Of a DNA stretch of 31,372 nucleotides, positions 6,981 to 16,555 are shown piece by piece. This DNA comes from a virus (Duplodnaviria; Caudoviricetes), in the IMG/VR virus record IMGVR_UViG_3300033146_004198, positions 1 through 31,372 of that record; one strand, written 5' to 3'. The stretch's first letter is position 1, and every line of letters begins with the position of its first letter. Both the position numbers and the translations under genes were made by a program. A model generated the notes under the pieces. It was not told the origin of the DNA, ran no database searches, and worked only from the letters and a program-made list of their open reading frames with translations.

Positions 6981-7901
6981 TTATATTTGTAATTCTTTTA
7001 AAACATATCTAACATACTCTATTTCTTTAAAAATTTGATTTGATTTAGCAATATTTTCTTCAATTATCATAGGAGCTAAATTTTTAAAATTAACAGCAAG
7101 TAGAAAATGTTTTTTCTTTGATAAATTTAACTTAGATAAAGGAAATGAGTGGTCTATATTCCAATATATACCATAGTTATCCCAGTTCATAAGATTATCA
7201 AATTGATTTTCTAAATGTTTTTTTAAATCAGATATAGAACATCCTAAATCTTCTATATGGCTGCCAATCTTTTCAATTTTTTTCTCTTGTATCATACTGT
7301 ATAATCTACTTCTTAAATTCATTTTAAGTTTAAAATTAACATTATCTTTATTTTTATGATAATACTCATTAGAATAATTAGAATTCTTTTTTAAAAATCT
7401 TCTTGTATTTTCTTTATATTTCTCTTTATTATTCTCATAGTAAGGTTTAGAATACCCTTTTCTACAATCTTTACAATAACAATGAAAACCATCTGAAGAT
7501 TTAATATTTGAATGAAAATTTAAAATAATTTTTTTATCTTTACACTTAGCACATAATTTAACAAATTTTTCTTCAAAATCTAATGGTTCTTCTATAATAA
7601 TTTTTTGATTAAACTCATTAAATATAAAAAAAGTTATTTCAGTATCATAATATTCATTATAATTAAACTCAACAAAAATAATATTATCTTGATAAGTTAA
7701 TTCACTCTTAACATATTTTATTATTTCAACTCTTTTATCTAACATTATTTCATATTCAGTTGTTTTTTTAATATCTTTAACATTATCATTATAATCAAAA
7801 CCAAAAATCTTATTTGTTAAACCTATTTCCTCTATAATTATAAAAGAAATCTTTTTTTGTTCTTGTTTCATTGCAAGATACTTATAGTTAGTCTGTGTCA
7901 T
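6981..7901 (-). CDS. HNH-type (EndoVII-like) endonuclease with a zinc ribbon
   Basis: CAKC..SDGFHCYCKDC zinc ribbon and NWDNYGIYWNIDHSFPLS..NFKNLAPM..ENIAKSN HNH core. Confidence 0.85.
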   Translation of the reverse strand: MTQTNYKYLAMKQEQKKISFIIIEEIGLTNKIFGFDYNDNVKDIKKTTEYEIMLDKRVEIIKYVKSELTYQDNIIFVEFNYNEYYDTEITFFIFNEFNQKIIIEEPLDFEEKFVKLCAKCKDKKIILNFHSNIKSSDGFHCYCKDCRKGYSKPYYENNKEKYKENTRRFLKKNSNYSNEYYHKNKDNVNFKLKMNLRSRLYSMIQEKKIEKIGSHIEDLGCSISDLKKHLENQFDNLMNWDNYGIYWNIDHSFPLSKLNLSKKKHFLLAVNFKNLAPMIIEENIAKSNQIFKEIEYVRYVLKELQI

Positions 7902-8014
7902 TTGTAATCCTTTGTTTTTTTTGTTTTCTTATACTCATTATACAACATTAAAAATAAAAGTGTTCTTAATTTTAAAAGAATTTGAAAAAAACTTAAAATA
8001 ATTAAAAAAAACAT
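7898..8014 (-). CDS. Small hydrophobic peptide, 38 aa (not in ORF track)
   Basis: MFFLIILSFFQILLKLRTLLFLMLYNEYKKTKKTKDYK. It has AAGGA 8 nt upstream, a TATAAT near 8047-8052, and a TGA overlapping the HNH ATG. Confidence 0.4.
   Translation of the reverse strand: MFFLIILSFFQILLKLRTLLFLMLYNEYKKTKKTKDYK
7920..7949 (-). promoter_or_regulatory. Early-type promoter of the HNH gene
   Basis: 30 bp identical to 3074-3103. Confidence 0.8.
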
Positions 8015-8149
8015 TTTATTTATCCTTTATATGTTATCATATTCCTATTATATAACATTTTTTAATAATTTATTTTAATTTTTAAAAAAACTTTTAATAA
8101 TATAATAAAATATTAATAATAATTATAAAAATCAACTGAAAGAGATAAA

Positions 8150-8638
8150 ATGAAAAAAATAAACTTATTAGATAAACTGGAAAAAGACAATTTAATGAAT
8201 ATTGCTAAAGAATATACAATAAATGGTTTTGATATCATAGAAGCATATAAACTTTTTGTTTCAAAAGTAGCATACAAAAATTTAGAAACAATAAGAAAAA
8301 GAACTAAAGAACTAATGAAAGATAAAGTTTTTATTAATATGATTGAGAATAATAAAATGAATGTTTCTGATTTATATAAAGAAACAACAATTAAATCTTT
8401 ATCTAAACTAAGGGAAATAGTGCTAAATGACTACTATATCAAGTATGATGTGATAAAAGATACAAAGACATTAGATTCATTAGAAATAACACATAAACAA
8501 AGTTATTCTGTAACAGATAAATTAAAAGCAATAGATAAACTTTTGGAAATTTCAAAATTAATTAAATATGAGGAAGATGAAAAATCAGTTGAAGATACTG
8601 GATTTAATTTAATTATAAAATCAATTAATAAAGAATAA
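8150..8638 (+). CDS. terS: Terminase small subunit (putative)
   Basis: Lies directly upstream of TerL and has the DKLKAIDKLLE motif typical of TerS. Confidence 0.75.
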   Translation: MKKINLLDKLEKDNLMNIAKEYTINGFDIIEAYKLFVSKVAYKNLETIRKRTKELMKDKVFINMIENNKMNVSDLYKETTIKSLSKLREIVLNDYYIKYDVIKDTKTLDSLEITHKQSYSVTDKLKAIDKLLEISKLIKYEEDEKSVEDTGFNLIIKSINKE

Positions 8639-8641
8639 TTC

Positions 8642-9913
8642 ATGAACAATGAAAATAAAACAGAAATTTTTCCATTATCTGAAATTTCAATAAAAGTATG
8701 GAACGAAAGAAATGATAATAAAATTTTATGTCTTCAAGGTGCAGTTAGAAGTTCAAAATCTTTTACTGCTAACCTTGTTTTTCTTGAAAAATTAAAAAAT
8801 AAAAGAGGAAATGTATTAATTAGTGGTTTTAGTGCTGATTCTGCTAAGAAAAATATAATTCCTGAACTTGAAACATTATTAAATACAGAATTTAGAAACC
8901 ATAATAGTGCAAAAGGTGAATATTTAACAATTCCTATTAAAGAATATAAACATATTAAGATATATGTAAAAGGTGCTGGTAAAAATGGAGATGAAAAGAA
9001 GATTCAAGGTATTACTCTATTAGCTTGGTATGCTGATGAACTTGCAACTTATTCAAAACTTTTTTTTGATATGACTTTAACAAGATTATCTTTAAAAAAT
9101 TCTTTTTCTATTTGGACTTTAAACCCTGAATCACCTTCTCATTGGTTAAAAAAATGGTTAGATAAAGAAGACCATCCTGATAAATTTATTAAAACATATA
9201 AATATACACTTGATGATAACCTTAGTTTAGATGAAAATTATAAAAATCAATTAAAAACTTCATTTAGTGGTCATTTTTATGATAGAATGGTATTAGGAAA
9301 ATGGGCTGTTGGTGAAGGTTTAATATTTAATGTTGATAAAATTAATTTTTTAACAGAAGAAGAATTAAATAATAAATTTTTGCACATCAGTAAATTTCTT
9401 TATGAAGATTATGTATCAATAGATTTTGGAACAACAAATTATACTGCTTTTTTACATATAAGAAAACTAATTCCTCAAGATATATACCTTGACCCTGATA
9501 AAAACAATGAAACTTATGCTGAATATTATGTTTTAGAAGAGTATTATAAGAACAAACGTTCTCCCAGTCAATATGTTGCTGATTTAAAAGAATTTATTAA
9601 AGATAAAGATATAAAAAGTATAATAATAGATCCTGCTTCTGCTCACTTTAGGCAAGAAGTACTTGTTGCTGGTATAAAAAACCTATTAAAGGCAAAAAAT
9701 GATGTAAAAAAAGGTATTTTATTAACACAAAGATTTATAGAAAATGGAAATGTATTTATTAGTCTTAAATGTAAAGAATTAAAAGATGAATTACATGGTT
9801 ATAGTTGGGATGAAAAGAAAATAGATACTCCAATAAAAGTAAATGACCATGCTTGTGATACTCTGAGGTATGGTATATTTACAACCTCTTCTTTTAGTTA
9901 TCAATCTTTATAA
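8642..9913 (+). CDS. terL: Terminase large subunit, PBSX-like
   Basis: Walker A GAVRSSKS, Walker B WYADE, TLNPESPSHW, and nuclease motifs IDFG, DPAS and NDHACDTLRY. Confidence 0.96.
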   Translation: MNNENKTEIFPLSEISIKVWNERNDNKILCLQGAVRSSKSFTANLVFLEKLKNKRGNVLISGFSADSAKKNIIPELETLLNTEFRNHNSAKGEYLTIPIKEYKHIKIYVKGAGKNGDEKKIQGITLLAWYADELATYSKLFFDMTLTRLSLKNSFSIWTLNPESPSHWLKKWLDKEDHPDKFIKTYKYTLDDNLSLDENYKNQLKTSFSGHFYDRMVLGKWAVGEGLIFNVDKINFLTEEELNNKFLHISKFLYEDYVSIDFGTTNYTAFLHIRKLIPQDIYLDPDKNNETYAEYYVLEEYYKNKRSPSQYVADLKEFIKDKDIKSIIIDPASAHFRQEVLVAGIKNLLKAKNDVKKGILLTQRFIENGNVFISLKCKELKDELHGYSWDEKKIDTPIKVNDHACDTLRYGIFTTSSFSYQSL

Positions 9914-9954
9914 CTTATAATACTATTTAATTAATAAAAATAAAAAGGAATAAA

Positions 9955-11337
9955 ATGAAAAATAAATCAATAAATAACTACAAAAGTTTATCAGAAAAAA
10001 TAATTAAAATATATAATGATGATGAATACTATAAAAATTATTTTAAAACTAATGTATTAGGGAAACATATTGTAAATAAAGATGGAGATGCTGATGAAAA
10101 AGAAATAGAAAGTATTCAAGTAATAACTTTACCTTTTTTAAAATTTGTTACAAATTCAATATCTCAACTATATTCAAAACCAGTTTTAAGATCTATTAAT
10201 TCAGATAATCAAGATTTATTAGATATACTTAAAGAAGTTACAACTTCATATGATGAAATAGCTGAAGAAGTAGATAAATATACATTTGCTGGTGGAATGA
10301 CTGCTTTGAAACCTCATTATGATGATGAAGATAGAACATTTGAATATGTTTTATATACAGCAAATATGATAGATTATACACCAAGAGCAGATGATTATTC
10401 TAAATTAAAAGAACTTTATTTAACTTTCTTTTATGATAATGTAAGACAAGAAGAAGTATGGAGTAAAGAAGAATATAATTATTTAAATGATGGTTCAAAT
10501 GTTGTATCAGAAGAAAATATTTATGGATTTATACCTTTTGAAATTTTTAGAAATAAAAAAATACCAAATTCTTTTTATTGTCCTCCAAGTTCTAACCTAT
10601 TAGATATACAAGATTATATTTCAAATCAAAACACACAATTAGGAAATAACTTTAAATTTCAAAGTATGGATATGATAGTTGTTAAGGGTGGTGCTGATCT
10701 AAAAGAAATGAATTTTGGTGCTAAAGCTGTTAATAAAGTTGATACAGAAGATGATATTAAATTTGTATCACCAAATACTGACCTTGAAAAATTAGTAAAT
10801 GTAATCAATGAACAAATATTTATTTTTGCTAGAATGAATGGTATTCCTGATAGTCTTATTTCAGCTGCTACAACTACAAGTGGTGTTTCTTTAATTATCT
10901 CACAAAAAGCATTAGATGATTATTTAAAAAATAGAGCAACTAAATTTAGAAAAACAGAAGAAAACTTACTTTTAAAGGGTATAAAGGTATTAGCATACCA
11001 CAGAGGAATAAATGTTCCAGAAGATTTAAAAGTGTCTTTAAACTATACTGCTGCTAATCAAATGAGCAAAATAACAGAAGATGAAATAAAAATGTGGGAA
11101 TTTTATTTAGAAAAAAATATTTTAACAAGAGTTGATTTAATGATTACTATGTTTCCAAATATGACTCGAAAAGAAGCAGAAGAAAAGATATTGGAAAATT
11201 TAGAACTTGATGAAATCATAAGTATGTTTAAAAAAGAAATAATTGGTGAAGAAGATACTGTTAATACTGAAAATATTAAGAAAATAGAAGATAAAAAAGT
11301 TATTGATATTAAAAAAGATACTGAAAAGGAAAAATAA
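9955..11337 (+). CDS. Portal protein (SPP1 gp6-like)
   Basis: Follows TerL, 460 aa, with ENIYGFIPF and TSGVSL motifs. Confidence 0.88.
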   Translation: MKNKSINNYKSLSEKIIKIYNDDEYYKNYFKTNVLGKHIVNKDGDADEKEIESIQVITLPFLKFVTNSISQLYSKPVLRSINSDNQDLLDILKEVTTSYDEIAEEVDKYTFAGGMTALKPHYDDEDRTFEYVLYTANMIDYTPRADDYSKLKELYLTFFYDNVRQEEVWSKEEYNYLNDGSNVVSEENIYGFIPFEIFRNKKIPNSFYCPPSSNLLDIQDYISNQNTQLGNNFKFQSMDMIVVKGGADLKEMNFGAKAVNKVDTEDDIKFVSPNTDLEKLVNVINEQIFIFARMNGIPDSLISAATTTSGVSLIISQKALDDYLKNRATKFRKTEENLLLKGIKVLAYHRGINVPEDLKVSLNYTAANQMSKITEDEIKMWEFYLEKNILTRVDLMITMFPNMTRKEAEEKILENLELDEIISMFKKEIIGEEDTVNTENIKKIEDKKVIDIKKDTEKEK

Positions 11338-11726
11338 TGAGTATATTATCAACAATAATTGAAAAATATAAATATGTGACTGATAGAAAAGTCACATTAC
11401 AAATAACAACTGAATTAGCAATAGCAAATGCCAATTATAATATATTGAATTTTGGTAGTGGAAAAACAAATAAAATTTCAGAAAATTATCAAATACTTGA
11501 AGAAGATAGAAATATATTTTTTACAAATATAGAAGATATAACAATTACACTTCCTGTTGCAGAAGATAATTTGATATTAAATTTAAAAAGAATTAATATT
11601 AATGGAAATGTTACTATTATACCTAATTCAACAGAAAAAATAGAAAATGATATAGATATAATCTTATTATCACAATATGAATCAGTAACATTATTAAGTG
11701 ATGGAACTGATTGGTATATAATATAA
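11337..11726 (+). CDS. Putative virion/decoration protein
   Basis: ITITLP..KRIN..VTIIP..YESVTLLSDGTDWYII is a beta module common in phage virion proteins. Confidence 0.6.
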   Translation: MSILSTIIEKYKYVTDRKVTLQITTELAIANANYNILNFGSGKTNKISENYQILEEDRNIFFTNIEDITITLPVAEDNLILNLKRININGNVTIIPNSTEKIENDIDIILLSQYESVTLLSDGTDWYII

Positions 11727-11751
11727 AAAATAAATAAAAAAAGGAAAAAAA

Positions 11752-12501
11752 ATGAGTTATCAACCAAATAGAGAGTTTTATCTTGAAATATCAAAAGGAA
11801 ATATAAAAGGTCATTCTATAATACATAAATTTGGAAAAAATGATAGTGTATCAACAAATTTTGAAGCACTTTGGAATGGAGAAAATTTTTACACTGGTTT
11901 TAATGCTATTGTTGCTGAAACTGTTACTGTTACTTCTGAAAGTGTATTAGATACAAATGGTGGAACTGGGGCTTGGACAATAGATTTACAAGGTTTAGAT
12001 GCAAATGGATTAATGCAATCAGAAATAGTTACATTAGATGGTGATAATTCAGTTACTTCTACTTTATCATATTTAAGACTACCAAGAGCAAAAATATTAA
12101 CTGCTGGTTCAACTGGAAAAAATCAAGGTGAAATAACAGTAAGACAAAGTATAACAACTGCTAATATTTTTTGTGTTATGCCAGCTGAATACAATAGTAC
12201 AATGATAACAGCTTTTACTATTCCTAAAAATTGTTATGGTTATTTAATATCTCAAGCAACTTCTATTTCAAATAAAAGAGCAGCCTCAGTTGATGTAAGA
12301 ATTCAAAAAAGAAAAGAAAATTCAGTTTTTCAAGTTGCAGGAGAAGCTTCAGTAAATTCAGTTGGGACAGGTAGAATAACACGTAACTTTGAAGTTCCAG
12401 TTAAACTTTCACCAATGACTGATATTTTTATGGAAGCAAGTGCCTCTGCTAGTGTAGCTGTTTCTGGTTCTTTTGATATAATATTAGTAGAAATTGAATA
12501 A
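11752..12501 (+). CDS. Putative virion structural protein (beta-rich)
   Basis: IHKFGKN..EALW and D..GGTGAWTI.LQGLDANG motifs recur in uncharacterised aquatic-phage proteins. Confidence 0.6.
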   Translation: MSYQPNREFYLEISKGNIKGHSIIHKFGKNDSVSTNFEALWNGENFYTGFNAIVAETVTVTSESVLDTNGGTGAWTIDLQGLDANGLMQSEIVTLDGDNSVTSTLSYLRLPRAKILTAGSTGKNQGEITVRQSITTANIFCVMPAEYNSTMITAFTIPKNCYGYLISQATSISNKRAASVDVRIQKRKENSVFQVAGEASVNSVGTGRITRNFEVPVKLSPMTDIFMEASASASVAVSGSFDIILVEIE

Positions 12502-12512
12502 AGGAAAATATA

Positions 12513-12875
12513 ATGAAAAAAGAAAAAATTTATTTTAAACAAACAGAATTTGAATGTAAATGTGGATGTGGACTTAATAATATAAGTCCTATATTATTTG
12601 AAATGATAAATAAAGCACGTCACTTAGCTGGAATACCTTTTATTGTTAATAGTTGTGTAAGATGTGAAAAACACAATAAAAATATAGGTGGAAGTAAAAC
12701 ATCTTCACATCTAACTGGTTTAGCAATTGATATTTCTGCAAAAGGTTATGAAACAAAATATTTAATAGTAGATTCACTTTTAAAAGTTGGTTTTAAAAGA
12801 ATATTAATGTATAAAACATTTATACATGTTGATATTGATTTAGCAAAAACAAATCCTATTTTAAAAGTAATGTAA
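12513..12875 (+). CDS. Peptidase M15A family (endolysin-like)
   Basis: EFECKCGCG, RCEKHNKNIGG...SSHLTGLAIDI, and FIHVD zinc-binding motifs. Confidence 0.92.
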   Translation: MKKEKIYFKQTEFECKCGCGLNNISPILFEMINKARHLAGIPFIVNSCVRCEKHNKNIGGSKTSSHLTGLAIDISAKGYETKYLIVDSLLKVGFKRILMYKTFIHVDIDLAKTNPILKVM

Positions 12876-13282
12876 TGAAAAAAATAACAGTAAATCACAC
12901 ACCAGTTTCAGCTTCAAGACCTAGAGTTACACAATATGGGACATTTTATTTAAAAAAATATAATGATTATAGAAAATTATTAAAAAAAGAATTTTCTTCT
13001 ATTAATTTTGATTGTGATAAAGAAAAGAAATATTTAAAATTAACAATAAAATTTTATATCCCTATTCCTAAATCATATACAAAAAAAAGAAGAGAAGAAA
13101 TAAAAGAGATAAAATATTTACATAATATTAAACCTGACCTTGATAACTTACTAAAAGCAATCCTGGATGGAATGAATGAAAACTATTATAAAGATGATGC
13201 TGAAATATGTATTTTAAACTCTGAAAAATATTATACAGAAGATTTAATTGGTAGAACTGAAATAGTAATTGAAGAAATTTAA
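12875..13282 (+). CDS. rusA: RusA-family Holliday junction resolvase
   Basis: SRPRVT and KPDLDNLLKAILDGMN..YKDDAEI motifs. Confidence 0.95.
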   Translation: MKKITVNHTPVSASRPRVTQYGTFYLKKYNDYRKLLKKEFSSINFDCDKEKKYLKLTIKFYIPIPKSYTKKRREEIKEIKYLHNIKPDLDNLLKAILDGMNENYYKDDAEICILNSEKYYTEDLIGRTEIVIEEI

Positions 13283-13297
13283 TCATTTTCTTGTTTT

Positions 13298-13319
13298 TAT
13301 GTTATACTATGGTAAGAAA
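13298..13319 (+). promoter_or_regulatory. Extended -10 promoter (22-bp conserved)
   Basis: TATGTTATACTATGGTAAGAAA upstream of the scaffold gene RBS. Confidence 0.8.
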
Positions 13320-13342
13320 ACAAAAAATAAAAGGAAAATAAA

Positions 13343-13909
13343 ATGACTGAAGAAGAATTAGCAGCTTTAAAAGAAGCTGAAAGAGTAGCAGCAGAGTTAG
13401 AAGCTGAAAAACTAAAAGCTCTTGAAATAGAAAAGAAAAAACTTGAAGATGAAAACAAGTTAAAAGCTGAACAAGAAGCTGAAAAACTAAAAAAAGAACA
13501 AGAAGATAAAGAAAAAGGTAATGAAGAAGTTTTATCAGATAGAATTATTTCATTAGAAAAAACAATTTTAGAGTTAAAAGAAACTTCTGAAAAAAATCAA
13601 GCAGAAAAGGAAGCTGAAAAAAAAGAAATACAAGATAAATATGAAGCAAAAGTTTATGAAGAATCAGGAACAGATGATATTGATTACTTAAAATATCTTG
13701 CTAATAAAAAAATAGATATGGGTAAAACACTTGAAGAATCATTAAAAGAAATAAAAGAGGAAAAACCTACTTTATTTATTTCTGAAAGAAAAGGACAAGG
13801 TAAAAAACCTAATGGAAATGGTTCCGGAAAAATACCTTATGAAGAATATTTAACATTATCAAAGGCTGAAAGGATAAAAGCAGTTAATGAAAAAAGAGTA
13901 GAGTTTTAA
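13343..13909 (+). CDS. Capsid scaffolding protein
   Basis: E/K-rich coiled coil with IKEEKPTLF, directly before the major capsid gene. Confidence 0.85.
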   Translation: MTEEELAALKEAERVAAELEAEKLKALEIEKKKLEDENKLKAEQEAEKLKKEQEDKEKGNEEVLSDRIISLEKTILELKETSEKNQAEKEAEKKEIQDKYEAKVYEESGTDDIDYLKYLANKKIDMGKTLEESLKEIKEEKPTLFISERKGQGKKPNGNGSGKIPYEEYLTLSKAERIKAVNEKRVEF

Positions 13910-13942
13910 AAAAATAATTTTTATAATATAATTATAATTAAG

Positions 13943-13965
13943 AAAAGGAGGTAAATTCTCCTTTT
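13943..13965 (+). other. Hairpin in the major capsid 5' leader
   Basis: AAAAGGAG-GTAAATT-CTCCTTTT. Confidence 0.55.
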
Positions 13966-13993
13966 AAAAAAACAAACAAAAAAAGGAAATAAA

Positions 13994-14803
13994 ATGGCAT
14001 TTAAAAAAACAATATGGTCTGATAAATTTGAGGCAAATTTATACGCAAAGAAACCTTTGATTCAAATAGTTAATCAAGATTTTGAAGGTGAAGTAAAAAT
14101 GGGTGAAACAGTTAAGGTTTATACTTATGGTCAAGCAGTAACAGTTTCAGATTATGATGGTGTAACACCAGTTGCAGCACAAAAGATGGCTCCAGATTCA
14201 GTTAGTCTATTAATTGATCAAGCAAAAACTTTCAGATTAAGAACTGATAGAGTTGATGAGCTACAAGGTGATCCAAATGCTATTGATAAATTTTTAACAT
14301 CAGCAGTGGATTCTGTAGGTAATGTTATTGAAAATTATATATATGCTTTAAAAGCAAGTTTAACTAATGATTTAGATAAAACTGGAACAGTTATGACTGC
14401 AGCTAATGCAATTTCTATCATAGAAGAAGCAGAAGTAGCATTAGATGATGAAAATGTATCAGAAGATAGATTTATGTATGTAACAAATTCAATTTATAGT
14501 ATGTTAAGACAAGCTAATTACTTAAATGTAACTCCTGCGGTAGATGATGGTAATGGTGGAACAAAAAATGTTTATAAAATGGGTAACTTTGAAATAGTTA
14601 AATCAACTAATATTAAAGATAATGGAACAATAGTTGAAATATTATTTGGTTCAAAAGATTGTATAAATTTTGTTGGTGCTTTAGAAGAAATAGAGTATGG
14701 AAAAGTTGAAGGGCTTTTTGGTAAAGCTGTATTTGGTCTATTTGTTTATGGTGCTGCTGTATTCAATGGTAAAAAAGGTGGAACACTTACTTTAAGTGTA
14801 TAA
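13994..14803 (+). CDS. Major capsid protein (P22-coat-like, HK97 fold)
   Basis: IWSDKF..VNQDFEGEVKMGETVKV, LDDENVSEDRF, and GLFVYGA motifs. Confidence 0.92.
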   Translation: MAFKKTIWSDKFEANLYAKKPLIQIVNQDFEGEVKMGETVKVYTYGQAVTVSDYDGVTPVAAQKMAPDSVSLLIDQAKTFRLRTDRVDELQGDPNAIDKFLTSAVDSVGNVIENYIYALKASLTNDLDKTGTVMTAANAISIIEEAEVALDDENVSEDRFMYVTNSIYSMLRQANYLNVTPAVDDGNGGTKNVYKMGNFEIVKSTNIKDNGTIVEILFGSKDCINFVGALEEIEYGKVEGLFGKAVFGLFVYGAAVFNGKKGGTLTLSV

Positions 14804-14808
14804 TAATT

Positions 14809-14842
14809 ATGAAATAGGTATTAAATTCAATACCTATTTCAT
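14809..14842 (+). terminator. Terminator hairpin after the capsid gene
   Basis: 14-bp perfect stem ATGAAATAGGTATT/AATACCTATTTCAT. Confidence 0.8.
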
Positions 14843-14898
14843 TTAATACTACAATATAATACAATATTTTTTAAAAATAAGAACACTTTTTATATTTT

Positions 14899-14920
14899 TA
14901 TGTTATACTATGGTAAGAAA
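14899..14920 (+). promoter_or_regulatory. Extended -10 promoter of the moron 14939-15326
   Basis: The conserved 22-mer, with an upstream AAGAACACTTTT also seen at the HNH promoter. Confidence 0.8.
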
Positions 14921-14938
14921 CATAAAAAAGGATAAAAA

Positions 14939-15187
14939 ATGATACCAACTAACACATATTTAATAGATATAAAAACACAAAAAATTTTCACAGTCCCACT
15001 TAAATTAGTTCCTTCTCTATTATCAAGTTATAAAGATTTCAGAATTTTACAAGATTATAAACACGAATTAGCAGAAAAAGTAAAAGAAAAATTTGAAGAA
15101 AAGAAACAAGCTGAACAAATTAAACCAAAGAGGAAATACACTAAAAGAAAAGATAAAATAAAACAAGGTTTAGAAAATGAAAAATAA
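14939..15187 (+). CDS. Hypothetical basic protein
   Basis: 82 aa with an AAGGA RBS and a KPKRKYTKRK basic tail. Confidence 0.75.
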   Translation: MIPTNTYLIDIKTQKIFTVPLKLVPSLLSSYKDFRILQDYKHELAEKVKEKFEEKKQAEQIKPKRKYTKRKDKIKQGLENEK

Positions 15188-15326
15188 AATATTAGAAAAA
15201 TTAAAAGATAAAAGAACAAGGTGTATAACATATACAAGAGTAATGGGATACCATAGACCAGTTGAAAGTTTTAATTTAGGGAAAACTGGTGAACACAAAG
15301 AAAGAAAACAATTTATAGAAAAATAA
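15177..15326 (+). CDS. nrdD: Stand-alone NrdD C-terminal glycyl-radical peptide, 49 aa (not in ORF track)
   Basis: MKNKILEKLKDKRTRCITYTRVMGYHRPVESFNLGKTGEHKERKQFIEK contains the RVxGY glycyl-radical motif and the FNxGKxxExxER tail. It has an AAGG RBS. Confidence 0.9.
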   Translation: MKNKILEKLKDKRTRCITYTRVMGYHRPVESFNLGKTGEHKERKQFIEK

Positions 15327-15364
15327 TAATATAATTAATTATAAATAATAAAAAGGAAATAAAA

Positions 15365-15745
15365 ATGTTAGTAATCACAGGAGAAGATGTAATTAATTTT
15401 ATGCCAGTTATAGAAGAATATTCAGGTTATGATAGAGATAATACAGTTTTTGATAAATATATAACTGCTACTTCAATAGAGTTAGGTAATTCACTATTAG
15501 TTGAAGGTATAGATTATTCAGAAGATATAATACAAGATAGTCCTTTATATAAAGAATTATATTTAAAAACATTAGTATGTAAATACTATAATGAAACTTC
15601 ATATAATGTAGAACCTGATGAAAGATTTATTAATTTTTTATGTAGTGAGCAAAAATCTTTTTTAAATTCATTTATTAAATCAGTAAAAGATGATGGAGAA
15701 CCATCTACATTTGATGGTCAAATTTCAGTTAGATTTTCAGGATAA
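15365..15745 (+). CDS. Head-tail adaptor (putative)
   Basis: Assigned from position, size and acidic composition. Confidence 0.55.
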   Translation: MLVITGEDVINFMPVIEEYSGYDRDNTVFDKYITATSIELGNSLLVEGIDYSEDIIQDSPLYKELYLKTLVCKYYNETSYNVEPDERFINFLCSEQKSFLNSFIKSVKDDGEPSTFDGQISVRFSG

Positions 15746-15754
15746 GGATAAAAA

Positions 15755-16108
15755 ATGGCTTTAAAATCTTCTGTATTAAAAAGACTTGAAAAAAATACTA
15801 AAAATTCAAATGTAAAGAAAAAAACATTAAATTTAATAGTAAAACAAATGAAAAAAAATATTAAAACAGAAAAAGATATAAATAATAAAAAATTTAAAAA
15901 AAGAAAAACTGATAGAGATAATAAGATTTTATATGATACTGGTAATTTATATAAAAATATTAAATTAAAATCAAATAGAATAACATTACCTTTATATGGT
16001 ATTTTTAATAATAATGGAACTAAAAATATAGATAAAAGAGAATTTATACCTACATCAGGTAGTAAAAATTTAAAAATAATAACACAAACATTAAAAAAAG
16101 GATTATAA
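15755..16108 (+). CDS. Virion morphogenesis / neck protein (Mu gpG-like)
   Basis: ILYDTGNL..YGIFNNNGTKNIDKREFI matches the LxDTGxL..YAxxHxxG...IPxRxF pattern. Confidence 0.8.
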   Translation: MALKSSVLKRLEKNTKNSNVKKKTLNLIVKQMKKNIKTEKDINNKKFKKRKTDRDNKILYDTGNLYKNIKLKSNRITLPLYGIFNNNGTKNIDKREFIPTSGSKNLKIITQTLKKGL

Positions 16109-16507
16109 ATGATAACAAGTTATTTAGAACAACTAATAATAGATTTTAAAGTAGATTACCCTGAATTTGATAAAATAAAAACAAGTGTTGGTTTAACTCA
16201 AGCATTAGAAAACAGAAAAAATTTTGCTGATTTACCAGCTATGATTATTGAAGACATTAATTTTTCTTCTGATAATGATTTATTAGAAGTATCAGGTGAT
16301 TTAACTTATAATATTTATTATGTAGATGTAGATAAACATAAAAATGGATATGTAAGATTAGAGGAAGAATTTTTAAATAAAATGGCTGCTTTTATAAAAT
16401 CAAAGAAAAATGAAATAAGAATAGAAAATATTGAATTTACCTTATCTGAAACAGATGATAATGAATTTTCAGTAATACTATCTCTATCATCTTCTATTAC
16501 TTTATAA
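16109..16507 (+). CDS. Tail terminator/completion protein (putative)
   Basis: Acidic, has an LPA motif and precedes the tail tube gene. Confidence 0.6.
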   Translation: MITSYLEQLIIDFKVDYPEFDKIKTSVGLTQALENRKNFADLPAMIIEDINFSSDNDLLEVSGDLTYNIYYVDVDKHKNGYVRLEEEFLNKMAAFIKSKKNEIRIENIEFTLSETDDNEFSVILSLSSSITL

Positions 16508-16555
16508 TTATAATATAATTTAATTAATTTAAAACAAATAAAAAAGGAAAATAAA

